Part shown: piece by piece, positions 27,812 to 38,921 of the stretch | Numbering within the stretch: position 1 is the stretch's first letter | Layout of the letters: the number at the start of each line of letters is the position of its first letter | From: Owenia fusiformis | Taxonomy: Eukaryota | Assembly: GCA_903813345.2 (NCBI GenBank) | Contig: CAIIXF020000001.1 | Span: forward strand, 35,898,001-35,962,000 | Length of the DNA: 64,000 nt | Reading direction: 5' to 3' | Program-made: the position numbers and the translations under genes | Notes under the pieces: model-generated | Told to the model about the DNA's origin: nothing | The model's input: the letters and a program-made list of their open reading frames with translations, nothing else | The model's database searches: none

Positions 27812-30800
27812 CTATGTCTTCATATTTCCGTTATATGTCTCTTCTGGCCATTGTTCTCCAATCTGTTTTTGATCTCCATGATTTTGTTTCACAATTAATT
27901 GCTGGCAAATCTCCCTCAGTTTAACCTTAGATATCTATAAGGAAAAAAAGCAAACATGAAGTTTTTTTTTTCTTAATAGTTCATGCTCAACCCAAGTGTC
28001 AGCAATATATATTATTATCCCATCGAACGAAGTTCGGAGGGATATAGGGAACGCCTCCATCCGTCCGTCCGTCCGTCTGTCCGTCCGTCCGGGCAATAAC
28101 TCAAATACCGTTGGCCCGATGTTGTTCATATTTTGTACACATATACCCTATGGGAGTAGAAGTTCTGCTCGAAAGCCGATTTTCAAAATGGCAGCTCATT
28201 TCAAAATGGCGGCCATTTTAGTGCCGATTTTACAGTAATTTAGGTGCAATATGTAAAACTGTAGCAATATGTTTTAAATGTAAAAAAATCATAAAGGACA
28301 TTAATAATGCTACAAATGTAGATATTAAAGAAGCACATGGCAGCCATCTTGAAAAATGGCGGTCTTTACTCGTCATTTTACGATTTTTGCAATAACTCAA
28401 AAAATAGTGGAGCGATTTTGTTCATATTTGGTATGTGAATACTATAAGCATTGCACACTGTCTAAAGACACTTTTGGTAGAAAACGGCCATTTTGAAAAA
28501 TGGCTGTCATTTTAACATATTTTACTATAACTCGAAAAGTAGTGGAGCGATTTTGTTCATATTTGGTATGTGAATACTATAAGCATGGCACACTGTCCTT
28601 TGACACTTTTGGTAGAAGGCAGCCATTTTGAAAAATTTTTTGAAAAATGGTCGCCATTTTAACGTATTTTACTATAACTCGAAAAGTAGTGGAGCAATTT
28701 TGTTCATATTTGGTATGTGAATACTATAAGCATGGCACACTGTCTATTTCTAATGACACTTTTGGTAGAAGGTGGCCATTTTGAAAAATGGCCACCATTT
28801 TAACGTATTTTACTATAACTCGAAAAGTAGTAGAGCGATTTTGTTCATATTTGATATGTGAATGCTTTAAGCATGGCACATTGTCTAATAAAACTTTGGG
28901 GAGTAGTCGGCCATTTTGAAAAATGGCCACCATTTTTGTGTGTGTTATTTTACAAGTATGTGTTCGATTTTTCAAAGATTTTAGAGGTGGCTACTTAAAA
29001 GCATATTATTTCTTCTGATGACAACTTGGCTAGTGATCAACCATTTTGAAAATGGTGGCCTTTCTGGTGTGTTGTTTTATGATATTTGCTATTCGTTTGT
29101 AAAAATGCCAGCCATTTCTGTTCGATGGGATTTGCTACGCTTTGGCGTTGCCGTTGTTCTGGTTATATTTGTAGGTTGTCCATGTCATCGAAAATGACTA
29201 TGGCATAGACGCGAAAAAATACATGTATTAAAGGCTCCATGCAAAGTTTGAAAATATTGTTCAATCATCCTAATATTTTGATTTGAACTTTACATAGGGG
29301 CTTTCAGAAATCATATTAACATTGAGCATTATAAGGGGGTCCATGTCATCAAAAATGAGAATGGTATCATAGATGTAAAAATTACTTATATTAAATGCCC
29401 CATGTGATGTTTGAAAATATTGTCCAGTCATCCAAATACTGTGGTTTGAACTTTACAAATTACACGGGGGCTTTAAGTAATCACATTAACACCGAGCATT
29501 ACTAGGGGGATGCCTATGTTATTGAAAATGACAATGGAATCGTAGACATGAAAAACATATATTAAAGGTCCCATGCAAAGTCTGAAAATATTGGTCAATC
29601 ATCCAAATATTGTGGTTTGAACTTTAAACGAGGGCTTTAAGCAATCACATTAACATTGCACATATTAACTGTTGTCACTCGCCTTTTGCCTAGCACCGAC
29701 ACGTGGGAAAGTATCCATCATAAAGATATAGTCCGGTTGATCACGCTCTATCAGTTCTGAACGACAATGTGCCCACATTTCATCCTTTGTCATACTCTCG
29801 CCTGGCTTTAGTCTACAAATATGATTAAATAAACCTATATAGGTATGTTTTATTCCGCGTAATCAACATGATATCCAAAGAGCATTATATAATATTATGT
29901 ACCGCAATGAAATTTTCATACTGTAGTTAGTAGGGATGCTATACCCACCAAACTTCAAGGTATGTTGCTAGGCTGTATAATATGGGTCCGGGTGTGTATG
30001 AAATGTGTATTGCCCATATATTCAGTCTACTTACATAATGCAGAGGCAGATGTCATCTCCAAAACAGTTGTCGCTCTGAATGCCCACGCACTAAATAGGA
30101 AAACGTTTTGTCTTATAAAAGTCATAACTTTAATAAGCAATTTAATGGACATCATCTTAGTTGTCCAAAAAGGAAGTTCCATTCTATTAAATTGTTAGTA
30201 TGAAGGAATTATTTTACTACAGCCTAGAGTGATGAGAGTTAACGATTTAGAACGTATGTTTATAAATCAAGAATCTGATATTCACATCTATTAGCCCTTT
30301 CGGACACCATTGTGTTGTAACTTGTATGCTTGATTTGCCAGAACGAGAACCATATTGACTATTTCCAAACTGTTGACAAATTAATCACTATTATTTTCCA
30401 GTGCAGCTTTACTTTTTTATCCATACTGAATGACCCCCCCCCCCCCAATTGTATTTACCTGGGTCACCACAACTTTGTTGTATTTTTTAGCCATAACGCA
30501 GCTTTATTCTCTTTCTATACTGAATGACCACCCCCATTGTATTTACCTGGGCCTCCGCAACCTTGTTGTATTTTTTAGCCATAACGCAGCTTTATTCTCT
30601 TTCTACACTGAATGACCACCCCCCATTGTATTTACCTGGGCCTCCGCAACCTTGTTGTATTTTCTTGCCGCAGCCTCTAGAACTCCCGGATAGATTATAT
30701 CTGACATCTTTTTGAATCGAATGTTGTCTTCCTTACGTCCGATAAAGTAGATGAACCCATTCTGATCTATCTGTGCGACGTCGCTGTGACATTGGAAAAG

Positions 30801-33800
30801 CAATGGATCAATACAAACCCCTTTGAATCAAAATATTCAATTTGGTACTACTTCCTTCATAACAAAAGAAAAGAGGAATCAGTATATTTGATCATATATG
30901 CTCATATATGCTTCCAGGTGTAACTATCCACCAAATATGGACACAGATTACGATACTTATATTAAGATTTATTCAAATTGCATGAACGCATGCAGCATTT
31001 TCTTGAGAATTGAATTATCTATTCAGTCAAAGACATATAAAATTACATATATGTCTCTGATTCAGCGGTATATCATTTTGTACGGATAGGCTTTACTTGT
31101 ATTTTGAAAATATCTTAAAAGTGAGGTACTTTTTTCTTTTTTATTTATCTCGTATACCGCGGTCGATTTTGAAAGTCTTCTTACCCAGTCCTGTACCAGC
31201 CATATTCGTCCTTTACAGATCTAGTTTTCTCAGATTCACCAATATACTCAATAAACATATTTGGTGTCCGCACGTACACCTCTCCTGCCTCTCCTATGGG
31301 AACCACATTGTGTTGGTCATCTGTAAGCTTTATCTGAAACGAGCAATAAAAATGCAAAGAAATGTACTAGTTATCATAATTTTAATACTAGCTATTATAC
31401 TAGTATCAATCAATCATACTATAAAAGAGAGAACATTTATTGTATTATTTCTCACAGAATTGTAAGTCCAAGAATTCATTCCAGAATCTAAAATACTATC
31501 TATTGGTTTTGACCTAGATACTGCTTCAAATAAAACTCGGGGTATCCCTTTCTGCTTACCTCTACATGTGGCAATGGAGTGCCAACAGATTCTAGTCTTC
31601 TTTTGTACACAGGGTCATCTATAAAGTTACTTGTGATTGTAAGCGTCTCTGTTGTTCCATACTGATTCTAAAGATGAAACAAAACAGGAACAGAGTCACA
31701 TTGTTATTGGAAGTCGCTATAGGAATTTTCCTGAACCGAACTCAAGCCAGCCCGATCGCCTTCGATCCAAACGTTTCAAAACAAAAACGTTGGTGAAAAA
31801 AGTCTAGATTACTGTTATCTTACCACAAATTCCGGAACTAGAGTTGTGAATGCATCTACAGTTTCCACTCCTAATATTTGTGCTCCACTCATTCCTGAAA
31901 AATACAAAGATTAAGAGAGTAATCAACAGCAGTAATTTATTTATGGATGTAGTGCATGTGAAATATTAGTTTATTCGACCGTGTCGGTGTGATTCTATAC
32001 AGTATAAACGTCAAACCATGGCTTCACGTTCAAGCGATCTCTGGAAATCTCATGGACAACCTTACCTCCTTTGAGTTTCGAAAGATCACGGCCATCTGTT
32101 GTAGCATAGCGTATCATGTCCTGCCACATATAGGGCCAAAGATCAGCATGTGTTGCCCCGTATTTCTCCATGGCTTCAACAATAACATCACTAGCTCCGG
32201 GGCTCTGAGAGTTTACAGGAGTTATAACACACGTAACATCGCTGTGCTCGAAGTTTACTACTGCAGATGTCAGAGCAAACAGACACAAAACATCATCTTG
32301 GAATGGGTTCTCAACAGCTAGGACAACCGGCTTGAAATCAATGATAATGGGAGAACATTTACAAAGATGGTTATGAGCAATAGCTTACTGCAAAGTTTAT
32401 ACACAATGCATACATGTAGCAACAAATGGAGACTTGTTATTTCAATTTGGACGTAGTTTCAAAACAAGACAGAGGACTAAATCTTACACAATTCAATACC
32501 TTTCTCTGTTGATTTCTACGTAGTTGCCAGAAATATGGTGTGTTTGCTAAACTATTTTGTCGGTGCAGCATAGCTTTTGGTTCCCCAGTTGTTCCCTATA
32601 AAAGCAAACGACAATAACTGAATCAGATTTTGGGATCATGATGTAACAGAGTAAACACGGTCCAATCATCAACAATATGCATGGTAGGGCGTTTCAGAAA
32701 CATATACAGGGTGTCAAATAAATATGTTCTCCCCTTAATTTCAAATGTTTGAACCTTTGTGCGTAAAAGTGAAACTAGTTGAGCTAGTCATCTGGAACTT
32801 TTTGTAGAGTTGCTTCATGAAGTCTACTTTTGATGTGCCAGAGAACAATTCAGATATCTTGCAGACAAAAAAGTTATTCAACATTGTGTGGATGTTAAAG
32901 CTAATGGGGGAGAACATATTTATTTGACACCATGTAGTGGGAAAATCTCTTCTGATTAAATCTCAAATATGTAGGTACAGGTGCCGTAGGGGCAAAAGCA
33001 TAGAAAATGAAATATCTCAGAGCACAAATAGTCATACAAAGAAAACAAATCCCAAATATCCCAAATGATGGTCTAATGTACAAAATATCTGCACGTTATA
33101 ATTTGAAATTGGAAGTATTAATAATTGATTTGTCAATGTTCGGGTAGAATGGCGTTGATCATTATGATCCTAGATCCAGATGTCATGTCACAGATCTAGA
33201 TGTCATGTCATAGATCCAGATGTCATGCCATAGATCCTGGGTGATCCAGGGTGGTATGATATTATTAATGAATGGAGTAACAGTCATCACCTGCATATCA
33301 CAAATAAACTTACAGTAGACATGAATATTATACCCGGATCTTCGGATGAGACCATACTTTGAACTATATTCAGCTGCTTATCCGATGTTTGGGCCTTTGT
33401 AAATATATCTAACAGTTCATTGTCTTTATGTACAACTACAGCCTTGAGTGAGGCAATCTCATGCACATTGTCAATCTGGTTCACGCATCCATTTTTTACC
33501 ACAACGCCTTGGTTAATTGTCTTTAACGCTTTAACGATCGAATCATCACGTTCATGCATTACGAGCATCTTTACGTTGACCTTATTTATAAGCTTTTTTA
33601 GATTATGATGTTTCGGCTCATAAATGTAGGGCTGGAATAGAATAATAAAGGTGGTTATTACTGACGTCAGCAATGGCCAACATGTCAGTGGACTATTGAT
33701 GATGCTCTGTGTAAATATGAGCCACTCCCAATGTATGGGCCTACTAATTCGGCAAAGTAAAAGCCATATATAGCTAGTCGGTGACCTTAATCTTTGATGG

Positions 33801-35518
33801 ACCATAATATATTTATTTTTACGCCGGTTTGGAAAATATTTCCTTACCATGACAAAAATACCACCAATGCTTGCTATGGCGTAGAAGAGAGTAGCGAAGT
33901 CGGCGCCATGGTTACCACTGACCATAATTACATCACCCTTGACAATACCATATTCTATTAGACCTTTTGCCAAAATGCTCACCTACGAAGTACGTATGAA
34001 TATAGATTAAGTTAACATATTCTGGTAAAGCATGTTTTCTGTCATCTCATTAGTATCAGAATGGAGTTGGTTGTTTCTGCTATTCTTAGTTTATCCACCT
34101 ACTAAATAAGAACGATGACAACGAACAAAATTTATTTCTTCTAAACAAGAGACAACATTGCTAATGCAAATTAGGTCAAATACTATTTAAATGAAGCAAA
34201 AATAACAATTAGACAAATTACCCGGTTTGAAAGTTGGCCATATGAAACATGAGTATCACAGTCGGCATATATAAATGCAACATGGTTAGGTTTCTTTTGA
34301 GCGGCACGTTGCAGTGACTCTCCAAGACCATATTTCAACAATGGCCAGTTGCCCCTCACGTTACCACTCACATAGCTTTCCTTTAGGGCAGTGGGTAGCG
34401 TCACGTCTCTGCAAAAGTAGAATTATAGATATAGAGGGTGGCAAAGTTGCAAGCGACATTTGCAATTCAATTACTATTCACTTCTTAGAAGAATGACCTC
34501 TCTGTTTTGTTGTTTGCATGTTTTATATTGGTATTCATTCAATCATTTCCAATTCTGCTATTGCTGTATACAAAGGAGCTCTTAGGTTATCGCAAACAAT
34601 TTCAAAAGGTTATATCTTGGATTATGACTATTTTCTGACAATGAAGACAGGTTTATCTTTAAGATCAATTCATTATCTCAAAGAAAATTATATACAGTAA
34701 TAATAAAGTCAAACAAACTCGGAGATAGGTGTTCCCCATGTTATTTCTCCATCGAAAAATCTCATGCTATCCATTGGTTTTAGTTAATTTTGGTCATCCA
34801 AAGTCAGTATCTTTAAAGTCCCTGGAGCAATCAACTTTTCCTTTTAGGAAATCGAACATGTCTCAAGGCACATTCTAATTATGCATTCAACAATATAATA
34901 AAAGGTTGCATTTTTGGTGAAAATTGGGTCAATATTTTTGAAAAGGTATGTTGATTGGTCCATTGCCCCTTCAATATCACTTAACTAAATTATCATTATA
35001 TACTTTTCTTGAAGATAATGAATGGATCTAAAAGATACACCCATGTTCATGATCAGAAAATATTCATAATTCAAGCTAGAATCTTTTGAAATTGTTAGCG
35101 ATAACCTACGTGCTCCTTTATTTGCTATTTATGTTCGCTTTGGCAGCTTTTTGTGAATGATTTTTGTTTGCCTCGTTATTTGTATCTTATTTTCTAGATA
35201 TAGGGATTGAGTCCCAGGAATTTATTCGCCTAATTTGCATTGATTTTGAGAAAGTCCTATCTAATTAGATTAAATCAAGAAGAAAAGTTTTATTGCAGAA
35301 AAACAATTGTTTTAATTTTTTAACATATACCGATTTCAGAGCTACTATACCAAGGGAAGGAATAATACCTAAAAAGGCTAATTTGATGCTAGGTTAAATT
35401 ATCTTGTTGATTTTTTATTCATCATTTCATGTAATCACACCATTATTAATTTACCACTAAACACTGCATGGAGAAAGCCTAAATAAAGTTGAACTTACTG
35501 CGAGTCAAGCCACTTCAT
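27812..35518 (-). CDS. Acyl-CoA synthetase / AMP-forming ligase (ANL superfamily, divergent ACSF2-like), ~601 aa, 13 exons
   Basis: Exons (-): 35518-35499, 34408-34222, 33982-33848, 33631-33314, 32595-32500, 32330-32066, 31894-31824, 31667-31560, 31333-31185, 30783-30636, 30090-30035, 29812-29683, 27934-27812. Total 1806 nt with all phases consistent. Motifs: FMSTGTTGEPKA (P-loop), NQYGTTE, GEAGEVYVR, GWYRTGD, FIGRKED, PRVGARQKISKVKLRE. The first 20-nt exon is the least certain. Confidence 0.88.
28011..29158 (+). mobile_element. Non-autonomous Helentron (HINE/DINE-1-like) in the last intron of the acyl-CoA synthetase
   Basis: Sub-TIR atcccatcgaac (28017) / gttcgatgggat (29120), (GTCC)n microsatellite at 28060-28090, ~135-147-bp core repeats, and a 3' hairpin gctacgctttggcgttgc. 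Confidence 0.85.
29175..29660. repeat. ~160-170-bp tandem repeat, 3 copies
   Basis: ccatgtcatc.aaaatga...tattaaagg.cccatgcaaagt.tgaaaatatt recurs three times. Confidence 0.75.
30410..30660. repeat. ~89-bp tandem triplication spanning an exon end and splice donor
   Basis: Three copies of tactgaatgacc.cccc.attgtatttacctggg...gttgtatttt. Confidence 0.85.
32707..32934. mobile_element. Tc1/mariner MITE
   Basis: TA|CAGGGTGTCAAATAAATATGTTCTCCCC ... GGGGAGAACATATTTATTTGACACCATG|TA. Confidence 0.85.
33168..33240. repeat. 20-bp minisatellite (tagatccagatgtcatgtca), ~3.5 copies
   Basis: Direct reading of the repeat units. Confidence 0.8.
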
Positions 35519-36448
35519 TTTAATTTGAGATTGTCGTTTCGTTTGAGATCGTTTATCACGTATGTTCTGTCATGAGATTCTTCTTTCAGTCTTGTGATTC
35601 CCGAGGAAATCATGTGATGTAAGTACGAGTATTTGTCTGAGAGGAGGGTGTGTTGTGATATAGCTTACTAACTGGCCTACCTTCACTTATTTACATGCAC
35701 CAAGTGTCTCTATCATTTAGCTTGGTAGTGTTCTTGAACTAAATGATATCAACGACAACACTCTATTGTTAAATTGATAAGATTGAAGATGAACACTACT
35801 TAGAAATAGAAGCAATCCTGTCACACGCTGCATATCTATCATAAGGGAGGTTAGGCTACACGTTTTTAAGAAAACTTTTACATGAACGTGTAGAATTATT
35901 GTTCTCTAATCTTTAGGAATGATTTCTCCCTTTTGTAGTATTTACTTGTCCAACTGAGCATAAAGGTATGAGAAAGTTAGTTGTAATTAATGAGGTCCCT
36001 GGAAAACCCAGTTTAATAGGGGAGAGTAATCCTCGGGGCCATAATATTTCACGTTTACGTATAAGTTCTCTGCAAAACGTGTAGCTTAACCTCCCTAATA
36101 TCACCCATATATAAACGAACCTGCGTAAAATGTAAGATGCTCTACTACAATCGGATTTGGGACGCCGATGTGTATTCACGAAAGGTTTGATTCTCAACTT
36201 TGACTTATCCCATTGTTTTACATGTTACTTTAATTAGAATTCAACTTTATAGTACATGGTAAACATGAAATTGTAAGGATTTAGAAGATAAATTGTGAAA
36301 CTATAGTTTTAGATCGTTTGAAAACGCACCGTGCGGATACACATTGATGTCATACTATTTTTATTCATATTTCACATCTCTTGGGATAGATTTACCAAGA
36401 TACATTGATTCATTATCTTTACAGCAATATCCAGTACGTAAGTAAATA

Positions 36449-37314
36449 CAGTAAAACCTGAGTTGGTGAACACACCTCTGTAGTAAACACCTATCAACAG
36501 TGAACGTTTTTTTGGCAAACCTTTTTCTCCCATTAACTCCCATGTTAAAGTAAAATCCTATAGTGAACACCTACATACTATGAACAGTGAACACTAAATC
36601 TTGGCAAAATCAATTGTATTGTTCTGTCTCTAGTGAACATTGAATCAGATATAAGATTTCTGGCGGATTTTCTGCAACTGCCTTATCAGAGTTAAGCAGC
36701 TTATGTTTATATTACCTGCTACAAAAATAATTAAGAGGTCAATTTGAGATGGTGATCTCCTCTTCTGTTGAAACAGATGTGACTAAATATAATTCTTAAG
36801 TAAGCTTTGTTTTTATGAGACAGGATATTCGTCTAGCATCGATTGCTTTGGGGATAATCTGGTTAACTATTATTAATCGATAAATCCCAATTTAATTTTT
36901 TTCTTATCCCTATCAATTTAAAAAACAGATTGGATTAAAATTATCACCTTTAATTGACTCTATCATGTTCTTGAATTAAATCAATACATTCCTTTAGCTG
37001 ACTCAAACGTGTAAAGGATTCCACTATCTAAAGGGTCATCTCAATGAGATCATAAAGGATTTTGACAATAAAAGGATGAACCATTCAGATGACTGTCAGT
37101 CTAAAATAAGTCAGTTTACAACAAAACAAAACTTATCGCTAGAGTGTCATAGGTTATCATGGGTAGAAAATACAAATTAAATTGATTATTCCCGCCTCTC
37201 TTTTAGCCTTGTTTAATAACTGGTCTCTTTAATAAAACGGCAAAATGCCGCGCAATCAAATCCTCGCTGTAGTGAACACCTACCAAAACTGTTCACTATA
37301 CACAGGTTTAACTG
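36449..37314. mobile_element. Tc1/mariner (pogo/Tigger-type) non-autonomous element
   Basis: TA|CAGTAAAACCTG ... CAGGTTTAACTG|TA, with repeated subterminal GTGAACAC motifs. Same terminal family as the 7302 and 61100 elements. Confidence 0.75.
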
Positions 37315-37654
37315 TAGTTATTCATTTTTTTATGATGGAATCTCTTGAAGTCTAGACGGCTCCTCTGTGAATTAAGGTGCATAGAGTAACTATGCAAGTA
37401 TACACGGGTTTCCGATTGCATTACATGCAAAGAATTACTCTTTACTCTCAAGACTCTTAAATAGGTGTTTTCAATTGGTATCTCAAGACCGTTACATGTC
37501 ATTAGTTATTAGTTAACAACGATTGAACTATATGTCAACAATACTACGTGCATTTGACATTGTTGTTTTGTTATCTTTATTTTTAGATAGCAACTCGAAT
37601 GCATGTGATTCTTTGGATTATAATGCCAGAGAACCTACACCTGATTCAGCAATA

Positions 37655-38921
37655 ATGGATCGATCGACGAATGACAGCAAGGGTCAATTGGAAGATTTAA
37701 TGACAATTGAGGATTTTGAAAGGGAATCGGAAAAGAACACCGAGCCTAAGATCTGGAGGTATGTTTCTCATGGCGCTGGTATTGGTCAAACATTGAAGAG
37801 AAATTGTGAATACTTTCAGCGGTATCTGTTTCGACCTCGTGTGATGCGAGATGTTTCTCAACTTGACATGGGCACAACCTTACTTGGAGAACATATAAAC
37901 TCTCCGATATGTGTTGGTGTGACTACAGCACAGGATAAGATGCACGTCGATGCGGAGCTTGCAACGGCAAAGGCATCACGCGCTCATAGAACATGTATGG
38001 TTGTAAGCACTTGGTCTAGTGTGTCAATGGACGATGTGGCAACCGTGGAAGGGCTTAAATGGTTCCAGATTCATCCGTTTCATCACAGAGAAGAGACAAC
38101 AAGGAGGTTGGTGACACGGGCGGAAAATTGTGGCTATAAAGCCATAGTGCTTACAATTGACTCAAGAGTCGTTGGTCGTGAATTCGGGCGTCTCATGTCC
38201 TCGGGAGGATTTGGATTTACTCCCCTTCACGAACTCCCAAACTTGAAAGAATTCGGCAAGATAGAATATCACGACCCAAGTGCATCTTGGGAATACGTGG
38301 ATTGGTTAAAAACTATTACAAATTTACCAATTGTTATCAAAGGAATATTAACAGCAGAATCAGCTAATGAAGCGATCCAACACGGGGCAGACGGTATTAT
38401 AGTCTCGAACCAGGGAGCTAGACATCTTGATGGTATGGTTGCAAGTATTGAAGCACTCCCGGAGGTGGCTAAGGCGATCAATGGAAGATGCGAGGTGTAT
38501 CTTGACAGTGGTATTCGACGTGGAACCGACATAATCAAGGCCCTGGCACTAGGTACATGATGTTGATCTTTACGATTGCTCATTTATTCAAAATTTCTAT
38601 TTTAAACATTAATACATGTTTTGATGTCTTGTATTTGTCTAATTACTACAGAACCAAAATTGTTCTCGAATGTTGCCCTTCCTGACATCGCTGTGTTTGA
38701 TGCATGGTCTACGTGTAATTGCAGGTGCTCGTGCTGTATTCGTTGGTAGACCTATACTATGGGGACTGGCGTGTGGGGGAGAGGCTGGTGTAGACAGAGT
38801 ATTGACATTGTTAGAGGATGAGCTGAGCAACGCCATGGCATTGTGTGGAGTGGCCAAAGTGGCTGACATAGACAATTCACTTGTGAGACACGACACTCGC
38901 CCCCATGTATCAAAATACTAA
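37655..38921 (+). CDS. FMN-dependent alpha-hydroxy-acid oxidase family protein (HAO1/glycolate oxidase-like) with substituted active site, ~364 aa
   Basis: Exons 37655-38552 and 38725-38921 (G|GT junction in [14 protein letters not shown]). Motifs: [62 protein letters not shown]. An acceptor ttttag at 37581-37586 implies an upstream exon. Confidence 0.9.

Noticed and set aside
30285..30368. 84-nt open minus-strand segment with AG/GT ends inside a synthetase intron
   Set aside because: The peptide does not resemble ANL enzymes, and the flanking exons already join as the expected ..AEAQ|CVGI.. motif.
37523..37654. Apparent signal-peptide-like N-terminal extension of the HAO ORF
   Set aside because: The ORF starts at TTG, and the hydrophobic stretch is the polypyrimidine tract of the acceptor at 37586.
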